A model generated the notes under the pieces. The model saw nothing but the letters and a program-made list of their open reading frames with translations, was not told where the DNA came from and ran no database searches. The position numbers and the translations under genes were made by a program. A stretch of 64,000 nt of DNA from Candidatus Latescibacterota bacterium (GTDB lineage Bacteria; Latescibacterota; UBA2968; GCA-2709665): the NCBI GenBank assembly GCA_965205485.1, contig OZ242180.1:608001-672000 (forward strand). Direction: 5' to 3'. Below are positions 39,159 through 46,955 of this stretch, one piece after another. Numbering within the stretch: the first letter of the stretch is position 1; each line of letters opens with the position of its first letter.

Positions 39159-40435
39159 TCTTTCAGGGCCGTGTATTGCGCTTTAACCGTTCGGTCTATA
39201 TCCTCGTCGGTATGCGCCAGCGAGACAAACGTGGCTTCGAACTGGGAGGGCGCCAGATACACGCCCTGCTCCAGCATCCGACGGAAGTAACGCGCGAAGG
39301 CGTCCTGGTCGCACGCCACGGCGGCTTCGTATCGTGTCACCGCGCGGTCCGTAAAAAACAGCGTCATCATCGACCCGACCCGGTTAAGGCGAAAGGGCAA
39401 TCCGAGCGACTTCAGGTTTTCCCGGAAACCGGCTTCAAGCGCGACTGACTTACCCTCGAGCGCCTCATAGGCGCCCGGTTCACGGAGTTGCCGGAGCGTC
39501 TCGTAACCGGCCGTCATCGCGAGAGGATTTCCCGACAGCGTCCCGGCCTGCGATACCCCTCTGCCCAGCGGCGAAATGTGGGACATGATCTCGCGCCGGC
39601 CGCCGAACGCGCCCACCGGCAGGCCCCCGCCGATGATCTTCCCGAGCGTGGTCAGATCCGGCGTAATCCCGTACAAACCCTGGGCGCCGCCCGGATGAAT
39701 GCGGAAACCCGTAATCACCTCGTCGAAAATCAGCACGATGCGAGACTCGACAGTGAGTTCCCGCAGCCCCTGCAGGAACCCCTCCGCCGGCGGAATCACC
39801 CCCATGTTTCCGGCAACCGGCTCTACGATGATCGCCGCGATCTCGTCCGGGTTCTCCGCCACGATCCGCTCGACCGCCTCAATGTCATTGAAGGGCGCCG
39901 TGACGGTACCCGACGCCGTTCCGGCGGTCACGCCGGGGCTGCTGGGCACTCCCGTGGTCAGCGCCGACGACCCCGCCTGAATCAGGAAGCTGTCCGCGTG
40001 CCCGTGCCAGCAGCCTTCGAACTTGATCACCTTCTCCCGTCCCGTATACCCCCTGGCCAGGCGTACCGCGGACATCGTGGCCTCCGTGCCCGAGTTCACC
40101 ATGCGCACCATATCCACGCCGGGCACGAGTTTGGTGACAAGCCCGGCCATTGCCACCTCGATTTCCGTGGGCGCGCCGAAACTCGTTCCATGTTCGCAGA
40201 CCTTCCTGATCGCCTCGACGACGACAGGCGGCGCATGGCCGAGAATCAGCGGGCCCCACGAGCAGACATAGTCGATATATTCCCGCTCGTCCGCATCGAA
40301 AACCTTCGATCCGCGTCCTCGCGTCACAAAAAGCGGCTGGCCGCCCACCGGGCCGAACGCCCGCGCCGGGCTGTTCACACCGCCGGGAATCACCCGCTGC
40401 GCCGCTTCGAACAACGCTGCCGAACGGTTTCCCAA
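39146..40435 (-). CDS. hemL: Glutamate-1-semialdehyde 2,1-aminomutase
   Basis: [45 protein letters not shown]. Confidence 0.97.
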   Translation of the reverse strand: MGNRSAALFEAAQRVIPGGVNSPARAFGPVGGQPLFVTRGRGSKVFDADEREYIDYVCSWGPLILGHAPPVVVEAIRKVCEHGTSFGAPTEIEVAMAGLVTKLVPGVDMVRMVNSGTEATMSAVRLARGYTGREKVIKFEGCWHGHADSFLIQAGSSALTTGVPSSPGVTAGTASGTVTAPFNDIEAVERIVAENPDEIAAIIVEPVAGNMGVIPPAEGFLQGLRELTVESRIVLIFDEVITGFRIHPGGAQGLYGITPDLTTLGKIIGGGLPVGAFGGRREIMSHISPLGRGVSQAGTLSGNPLAMTAGYETLRQLREPGAYEALEGKSVALEAGFRENLKSLGLPFRLNRVGSMMTLFFTDRAVTRYEAAVACDQDAFARYFRRMLEQGVYLAPSQFEATFVSLAHTDEDIDRTVKAQYTALKECVA

Positions 40436-40495
40436 GTAACACCCCCGTCTTTATGTCGGCTGCCGGATCATTCCTTGTTCCACACCAGCCCTTAA

Positions 40496-40594
40496 CAGCC
40501 CGTTGAAGAAGTCCATCCGGGCTGCGGCCGCCTCTTGCGGCCGAAATACTGCGTTGCGCGCCCTCGCCTGCAGAGCGACTTTCTCAACGGACTG
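40496..40594 (+). mobile_element. MITE family B, copy 2 (internally shorter), TTAA target duplication
   Basis: TTAA-CAGCCCGTTGAAGAAG...CTTTCTCAACGGACTG-TTAA. Confidence 0.85.
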
Positions 40595-40597
40595 TTA

Positions 40598-40669
40598 ATT
40601 TTCAGATTTTGACCGCCAATGTCAAGTGGCGATTTTTGGGCTTGCGACGCGGCCCGCGCGACGTATATT
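40598..40669. promoter_or_regulatory. Divergent sigma70 promoters for hemL and the tRNA-like gene
   Basis: Minus: TTGACA 40625-40620 with weak -10 GAAAAT. Plus: TTGCGA 40642-40647, 16 nt, TATATT 40664-40669. Confidence 0.6.
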
Positions 40670-40683
40670 TCGACGTCATTTTC

Positions 40684-40749
40684 GCGGCAGCAGCTCAGCA
40701 TCCGGCTTTGGACCGGACGGTAGGGGTTCGAGTCCTCTCTGCCGCACCA
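40684..40749 (+). tRNA. Atypical tRNA-like gene, anticodon TTG (Gln), lacking the D-arm
   Basis: Acceptor GCGGCAG/CTGCCGC plus A-CCA; anticodon arm TCCGG-CTTTGGA-CCGGA; T arm AGGGG-TTCGAGT-CCTCT; only CAGCTCAGCA between acceptor and anticodon stems. Confidence 0.85.
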
Positions 40750-40754
40750 TCCGG

Positions 40755-40780
40755 AGCCCCGGTCATCCGACCGGGGTTTT
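40755..40780 (+). terminator. Intrinsic terminator after the tRNA-like gene
   Basis: CCCCGGTC-ATCC-GACCGGGG-TTTT. Confidence 0.75.
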
Positions 40781-40796
40781 GCCTCCCCGATCCGGC

Positions 40797-43568
40797 ATGC
40801 CACCCGCCAACGAAGCGATCCGCATTAGAGGCGCCCGCCAGCATAACCTGCGGGACCTCAATCTCGACATTCCCAAGAACCGGTTCGTGGTCATCACGGG
40901 ACCGTCCGGCTCAGGGAAATCCTCGCTTGCATTCGACACCATCTACGCCGAAGGACAACGCAGGTACGTCGAGGCGATGTCCGCCCACGCGCGACGGTTC
41001 CTGGAGGTGATGGAACGACCGGACGTGGACAGCATCGACGGCCTTTCTCCCGCAGTCGCGATTCAGCAGCGCCGTGCCTCGGGAAGCGCCAGGTCCACGG
41101 TCGGGACCCTTACGGAAATCCACGACCATCTGAGAATCCTGTTCGCGCGTGCCGGTCGGCCGCATTGCCCGAACTGCGGCGAACTCCTTGCATCCCAGAC
41201 CGTGGGCGAGATTGTCGACGCCGTACTGGCCCTGCCCGACGGCGCGCGTCTTCGGATTCTGGCGCCACGGATTCGAGAACGAAAGGGTGGTTTCGATCAG
41301 GAACTGGAACGTCTTCGGCGAGACGGATACGTACGCGTGCGAATCGACGGAGACGAACGCGCCCTGGACGAAGAAATCCGCCTTGACCCAACGAAACCGC
41401 ACACGATCGAAGCGATTGTAGACCGCCTGGTCGTCCGCCAGAAGATTGAACGCCGGCTGGCCGACTCACTGGAAACCGCCCTTTCGCTTTCCGGTGGTAC
41501 GGTCGTCCTGGATATCCTCGAAGGCCGCGAGTTGCACTTTTCCACCCGGCTGATCTGCAGAAACTGCGACATCGGCTTTGTTGAACCGTCCCCTCGTCTG
41601 TTCTCGTTCAACGGTCCGCACGGCGCCTGTCCGGCCTGTAACGGAATGGGCGTGAGGACAGAAATCGACCCCGATACCGTCGTCCCGGACCCGCGCCGAT
41701 CCATCGCCGAGGGCGCCATTGCGCCCTGGGGCGTCCCCAAGGGCCGTGCGACCCTCGATCTGCTCAAACGGCTTTCGGAACGATTTCGTCTCGATCTCGC
41801 CGCGCCGTTCTCGTCCCTGCCGCCCGAAGCGAAGGAAGCCATTCTGTCGGGCGATCGCACTCTGGGCTACGAAGGCGTAATCCCTTCCCTGAAAAAAAGG
41901 CTTGCGGATGCCGGGTCGGACAACGCCGGATCGAGGCGGGACCCGTATGCCCGTACCGTCGACTGTTCCGACTGCGGCGGCGCCAGATTGAGAGCGGAGG
42001 CCCTCGCGGTCAGGATCGAGGGCATGAACATCGCGCAGGTCTCTGCCCTGAGCGTCGATGAAGCCATTGATTTCACGGATCGCCTGGAGGGCAGATTACA
42101 TCCTCGTGACGTCGTTGACCCCATCCTTCTCGAGATCCGCAACCGGCTGGTCTTCCTTAGGGAGGTGGGCGTGGGCTATCTCACCCTGGAACGAAACGTC
42201 GCCTCGCTCTCGGGCGGCGAAACACAGCGGATCCGCATGGCCACGCAGATCGGCGCCCGCCTGTCCGGAGTACTCTACGTTCTGGACGAACCCAGTGTCG
42301 GGTTGCACCCCCGGGACAATCGGAAGCTGATCCATACGCTCGAAACGCTCCGCAACCAGGGCAATACCGTTCTGGTGGTGGAGCACGATCGGGAAACCAT
42401 GCTGGCCGCGGACCATCTGATCGACCTCGGTCCGGGAGCGGGCGAGCAGGGCGGCGAACTGATGGCGGAAGGCGCGGCCCGGGATATCATGGCCGCAGGA
42501 GAATGCCTCACGGGCGCGTATCTGTCCGGACGGAAGACTATTCCTCCGCCTCCCGACAGACGGAAACCCACCGGCAGGATCGTATTAAAGGGCGCGAGAG
42601 GTCACAATCTCAAGTCCATCGACGTTTCCCTCCCGCTGGGCATTCTTGTGTGCGTCACCGGGGTTTCCGGGTCGGGCAAGAGCACGCTGATCAACGGGAC
42701 GCTTTACCCGGCACTGGCGAACATGCTGCACAACGCCTCCGCCGAACCTCTTCCGCACGACGGTATCGAGGGCCTGTCGCAAATCGACAAGATCATTCGT
42801 ATCGATCAGGCGCCCATCGGCCGCACGCCCAGGTCGAACCCGGCCACCTACACCGACCTCTTCTCGGACATCCGCGACCTCTACGCGCAGTTGCCGGAAT
42901 CCAGGGTTCGTGGCTATACACCCGGTCGTTTCAGTTTCAACCTCAAGGGCGGCCGCTGCGAGCCCTGCCAGGGCGACGGCCTCAGACGGATCGAAATGCA
43001 CTTCCTTCCCGACGTCTACGTGACCTGCGAGGCCTGCGGCGGCAGCCGGTACAACAGGGAAACCCTGGAAATCCGTTACAAGGGCTGCACGATCGCCGAC
43101 GTTCTGAATATGACGGCGGAGAGGGCGCTCACCTTTTTCAGGGACATACCGGGCGCAAGCCGGAAACTGAAGACGCTTTCGGAAGTCGGCCTGGGATACA
43201 TCCGTCTGGGCCAATCGGCAACCGCCCTCTCCGGAGGCGAGGCGCAACGCATAAAGCTGGCCGCCGAACTTTCCCGTGTGGCGACCGGAAAAACCATGTA
43301 TATTCTGGACGAACCCACAACCGGGCTGCACTTCGAGGACATCCGGTCGCTCATTGCCGTTCTCGACCGGCTGGTGGACAGGGGCAACTCCGTCGTTGTC
43401 ATCGAACACAACCTGGATGTGGTGAAACGGGCGGACTGGATTGTCGACCTCGGCCCCGACGGCGGCGATTCCGGCGGCCGGATTGTTGCCGAGGGTCACC
43501 CGGAACGCATCACCGCGGCGCCGGCCTCCCACACGGGCCGCTTTCTTAAAGAGGTGATCGAATCATGA
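40797..43568 (+). CDS. uvrA: Excinuclease ABC subunit A
   Basis: GARQHNL, two GxSGSGKS Walker A motifs, two LSGGE signatures, LDEP, zinc fingers. Confidence 0.97.
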   Translation: MPPANEAIRIRGARQHNLRDLNLDIPKNRFVVITGPSGSGKSSLAFDTIYAEGQRRYVEAMSAHARRFLEVMERPDVDSIDGLSPAVAIQQRRASGSARSTVGTLTEIHDHLRILFARAGRPHCPNCGELLASQTVGEIVDAVLALPDGARLRILAPRIRERKGGFDQELERLRRDGYVRVRIDGDERALDEEIRLDPTKPHTIEAIVDRLVVRQKIERRLADSLETALSLSGGTVVLDILEGRELHFSTRLICRNCDIGFVEPSPRLFSFNGPHGACPACNGMGVRTEIDPDTVVPDPRRSIAEGAIAPWGVPKGRATLDLLKRLSERFRLDLAAPFSSLPPEAKEAILSGDRTLGYEGVIPSLKKRLADAGSDNAGSRRDPYARTVDCSDCGGARLRAEALAVRIEGMNIAQVSALSVDEAIDFTDRLEGRLHPRDVVDPILLEIRNRLVFLREVGVGYLTLERNVASLSGGETQRIRMATQIGARLSGVLYVLDEPSVGLHPRDNRKLIHTLETLRNQGNTVLVVEHDRETMLAADHLIDLGPGAGEQGGELMAEGAARDIMAAGECLTGAYLSGRKTIPPPPDRRKPTGRIVLKGARGHNLKSIDVSLPLGILVCVTGVSGSGKSTLINGTLYPALANMLHNASAEPLPHDGIEGLSQIDKIIRIDQAPIGRTPRSNPATYTDLFSDIRDLYAQLPESRVRGYTPGRFSFNLKGGRCEPCQGDGLRRIEMHFLPDVYVTCEACGGSRYNRETLEIRYKGCTIADVLNMTAERALTFFRDIPGASRKLKTLSEVGLGYIRLGQSATALSGGEAQRIKLAAELSRVATGKTMYILDEPTTGLHFEDIRSLIAVLDRLVDRGNSVVVIEHNLDVVKRADWIVDLGPDGGDSGGRIVAEGHPERITAAPASHTGRFLKEVIES

Positions 43569-44206
43569 TCCGCATCGACTTCGGCACCCTGTACGAATTT
43601 GAACGGGAAGACAATAATCGCCGGCGGGAAAACCGGAAAAAGATCCAGGACTTTCTCAGCCTGTGCGAGACCCACCAGGCCACCATTGTCGAGCAGCGGG
43701 ACTGGAACACGCGCGACCTCATCCACTTCCTGGGCATCTCGCCCAACCTGGTCTTCACCATTACGATATCGGAAAAATACCTGGGCGTTCAAACCAGCCA
43801 GATTCGCGAGAAATTTCAGACGTTCCGGGCCGAATACGTCTCCGTACCGGACCGGCAGGCGATATCTCTCGAGCAGCCACCGGCGGAAAAGCTGGGCCTT
43901 CACGACGTTGTGAACTGCCCGTCCTGCGGGAAGAACACGCCCTACGACGGGTACTTTCAGCACTGTGTGCGCTGCGGCGAAAAGCTGGATACGATGGTGA
44001 AGTCATGCAAAACCTGCACGAACGGCGTCCTCTATCATCCCTCGTACGCCTGCTGCCCCATCTGCGGCAGTGAATTGCAACCGGATTACGACAGCCCCCC
44101 TCTGAACGAGCTGGACCCCCACGGCCTGATCTGGGGCATCTCGAACAAAGAAGAAACCGCCGAAGAGGGCGAAGACCTCTTCGGCGGCGGCGGTCCGCTT
44201 GGGTAG
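43565..44206 (+). CDS. Double zinc-ribbon protein
   Basis: ATGA overlap with uvrA; CPSC, CVRC, CKTC, CPIC. Confidence 0.75.
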   Translation: MIRIDFGTLYEFEREDNNRRRENRKKIQDFLSLCETHQATIVEQRDWNTRDLIHFLGISPNLVFTITISEKYLGVQTSQIREKFQTFRAEYVSVPDRQAISLEQPPAEKLGLHDVVNCPSCGKNTPYDGYFQHCVRCGEKLDTMVKSCKTCTNGVLYHPSYACCPICGSELQPDYDSPPLNELDPHGLIWGISNKEETAEEGEDLFGGGGPLG

Positions 44207-44239
44207 GATCGGTCCGAACCCGTCATTCCCGCTTCCCTT

Positions 44240-44812
44240 TCACAAACCCTCGCCCATATCGAATTCGAAGTTATTCTCTGCGTCGGCAAGCGCTGGGAGT
44301 TCCAGGTCCTTTCCTGACAGGATCGGATCGGATACCGGCCAGTCGATGCCGACGGCCGGATCGTTCCACAGGATGCCCCGGTCCAGGTCGGGCGCAAACT
44401 CCGCCGTGACCTTGTAGACAAACTCCGCCTCGTCGCTCAGCACGCAGAACCCGTGCGCAAAACCCTCCGGAACGTAGAACATCCTGAAATTCCCTTCCGA
44501 CAGCACAACCCCCTCCCACTTTCCGAAGGTGGGCGCATTCCTGCGGATATCCACGGCAACGTCGAACACCTCGCCCCTGACAACCCGCACCAGCTTGGCC
44601 TGCGCCGCGGGATGCAGTTGATAGTGCATTCCCCTCAGAACGCCCCTTTCCGAATGGGAATGGATATCCTGTACGAACTCGGCGGCAATTCCGTTGGCCT
44701 CGAAATCCGACTTCTTGTAGGACTCCATCAGAAAACCGCGACTGTCCTCGAAGACCCGGGGTTCAACCAGAATAAGGCCGGAAATTCCCAGTCTTTCGAA
44801 CCTGAACGGCAT
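44240..44812 (-). CDS. rfbC: dTDP-4-dehydrorhamnose 3,5-epimerase
   Basis: DSRGFLME, GVLRGMHYQ, DVAVDIR, VPEGFAHGF. Confidence 0.97.
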   Translation of the reverse strand: MPFRFERLGISGLILVEPRVFEDSRGFLMESYKKSDFEANGIAAEFVQDIHSHSERGVLRGMHYQLHPAAQAKLVRVVRGEVFDVAVDIRRNAPTFGKWEGVVLSEGNFRMFYVPEGFAHGFCVLSDEAEFVYKVTAEFAPDLDRGILWNDPAVGIDWPVSDPILSGKDLELPALADAENNFEFDMGEGL

Positions 44813-44848
44813 ACAGTTTCCTTTCGAGGCAAGTCCGCACGACCCGGA

Positions 44849-45883
44849 TCATGACTTCCGGGACGTCGCCTGCTTCCATTCTTCCTCGTCCACGTCCAGA
44901 CGTTTCAGCAGAGGTTCCCACCACGCCCGGTTATCGGTGTACCAGAGCACCGTCTCTTTGAATCCGCGTTCAAATGAAATTTCCGGACGCCAATCGAGTT
45001 GCGTGCGCAGCTTGTTCGAATCGAGAAGGTATCTGCGGTCGTGTCCGGGGCGGTCCGGAACGTAGACCTTGTGGGATCGGTCCAGCCCGAGTACATCCAG
45101 AATGGTGTCCGCGATCGTCTCCACGTCCACCTCCATGCCGCTGCCGACGTTGTACGTCTCCCCGATTATACCCCGTTTCAGGATCAGGTCGATCGCCCGG
45201 CAATGGTCCTCCACATGCAGCCACTCCCGCTTGTTCCGGCTGCTCTTGTAGAGCGTCATCTTCTTTCCGTCGAGCAACTGCGTGACGAACAGCGGGACTA
45301 CCTTTTCCGGGAACTGATACGGCCCGTAGTTGTTCGCGCAATTGGAAATCGTAACCGGCAACCCGAACGTGAGATGGTACGCCCGAACCGCCAGATCGGC
45401 CGCCGCTTTCGATGCGTTGTAAGGCGTACGCGGCTGATACGGGTCCGTCTCCGAAAAGCTCGCTTCAGAGTCCAGCGGCAGGTCCCCGTAGACCTCGCAG
45501 GTGGAAATGTGGTGAAACCTGGGCACTCCTGCGTCGTGAGCCGCCCGCAGGAGACGCTGGGTCCCAAGCACGTTGGTTTCGAAGAAGACGTCGGGATTGA
45601 CCACAGCGCGGCTGTTGTGCGACTCGGCGGCGAAGTTCACGATGCAGTCCGGCTTGTGCCGCTCGAGAAGGTCCCGCGTCATCCCGTAGTCGCCGATATC
45701 GCCCTGAACGAACTCGTACCTGCCGGCACAGGCGCCGGCCACGTCGGCCAGGTTTTCCGGAATCCCCGCGTACGTGAGCAGATCGTAATTGATGACGGTG
45801 TCGTCCGGGTACCTGGACAACCAGTACCGAATGAAGTTCGATCCGATGAACCCTGCCCCGCCCGTCACGAATATCCTGCCCAT
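44849..45883 (-). CDS. rfbB: dTDP-glucose 4,6-dehydratase
   Basis: TGGAGFIGS, LTYAG, FAAESH, YNASK, YQFPEK, DRPGHDRRY. Confidence 0.95.
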   Translation of the reverse strand: MGRIFVTGGAGFIGSNFIRYWLSRYPDDTVINYDLLTYAGIPENLADVAGACAGRYEFVQGDIGDYGMTRDLLERHKPDCIVNFAAESHNSRAVVNPDVFFETNVLGTQRLLRAAHDAGVPRFHHISTCEVYGDLPLDSEASFSETDPYQPRTPYNASKAAADLAVRAYHLTFGLPVTISNCANNYGPYQFPEKVVPLFVTQLLDGKKMTLYKSSRNKREWLHVEDHCRAIDLILKRGIIGETYNVGSGMEVDVETIADTILDVLGLDRSHKVYVPDRPGHDRRYLLDSNKLRTQLDWRPEISFERGFKETVLWYTDNRAWWEPLLKRLDVDEEEWKQATSRKS

Positions 45884-45892
45884 ATTGGACCC

Positions 45893-46870
45893 CTATAAGA
45901 ACAATACCCCGGTTAAAGCCAGGTACGCCCCGTACATCGCAAGCAACACGACGCCCTCGAGCCGGGTCAGCCGGTGCCCTGTGCGCATCATGATGAGCAT
46001 CGCGAAGACGATCACCAGCATCGCTGGAAATGAAAAGTGGATTACCTTTTGCGTCACCACGAGCGGATTGACCACCGCGGATGCGCCGGCGATCCAGCAG
46101 ATATTCAGGATATCCGCTCCCAGGATATTGCCGACCACAATCTCGCCGTGCCCTCTCCTGGCAGCCGTGACCCCGGTGGCGATCTCCGGCAACGACGTGC
46201 CGATGGCAATCACCGTAAGCGCAATCACCGCTTCGCTGACGTCCAACGCCTTGGCGATGACCACGGCGGATTCCACGATAAAATGACTCGAAATCAGCAC
46301 CCCCACCAGCCCCACGCAGAACCAGAGCATCAATGTCCCGAGACCTCGACCCTCAATGGACGCTTCGATCTCCCTGAGATCCTCCATTCGGTTCCCTTCG
46401 GCCTTGGATGAACGACTGCGCGTGACATAGGTAAAGACCGTGTATGCCACGAAGAGCAGGAGCAGTACGCCGCCCTCGATCCGGTCCAGAGTACCGTCGA
46501 ACGCCATCGCGTAAGCCGCCAGGTCCACGACGATCAGGAAGATCCCTGTCGTCCACAGCAGAAATGGATTGATGAGGATGGGCGACCCGGCCACGAGGAC
46601 GCCCAGCGCGAGCGCGACGCCGTCGTCCACGATCACCGACCCAATGGCGTTTCCAAGCGCCATTTCAGGATGGCCCTCGAGTGCGGCAAGCACGGAAACG
46701 GCCAGTTCGGGCGAGGTCGTCGCCAGGCTCACCAGCACGATGCCGATCAGCATTTTCGGCACATTCAGGTACTCGGCAATCCCTACGGCTCCGTCCACAA
46801 ACCAGGACGCGCACTTGGAAAGCACCACGAAACACACCGCCAGAACGCCGACTGCAACCGTTATACTCAT
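45893..46870 (-). CDS. Calcium/sodium antiporter (YrbG/CaCA family)
   Basis: Two alpha repeats TTSPE...GNAIGS and GTSLPE...GNILGA; start 46870 or 46903. Confidence 0.92.
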   Translation of the reverse strand: MSITVAVGVLAVCFVVLSKCASWFVDGAVGIAEYLNVPKMLIGIVLVSLATTSPELAVSVLAALEGHPEMALGNAIGSVIVDDGVALALGVLVAGSPILINPFLLWTTGIFLIVVDLAAYAMAFDGTLDRIEGGVLLLLFVAYTVFTYVTRSRSSKAEGNRMEDLREIEASIEGRGLGTLMLWFCVGLVGVLISSHFIVESAVVIAKALDVSEAVIALTVIAIGTSLPEIATGVTAARRGHGEIVVGNILGADILNICWIAGASAVVNPLVVTQKVIHFSFPAMLVIVFAMLIMMRTGHRLTRLEGVVLLAMYGAYLALTGVLFL

Positions 46871-46955
46871 ATAAAACAATCCTTTATTAGTCCAAACAGA
46901 CACTCACCATCTGGCCCGTGCAGGGGGCTCCGACGACGGTGGCGAAACGCGCCGC

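Noticed and set aside
40626..40796. 57-aa N-terminal extension of UvrA
   Set aside because: Overlaps the tRNA-like gene and its terminator; UvrA similarity begins after ATG 40797
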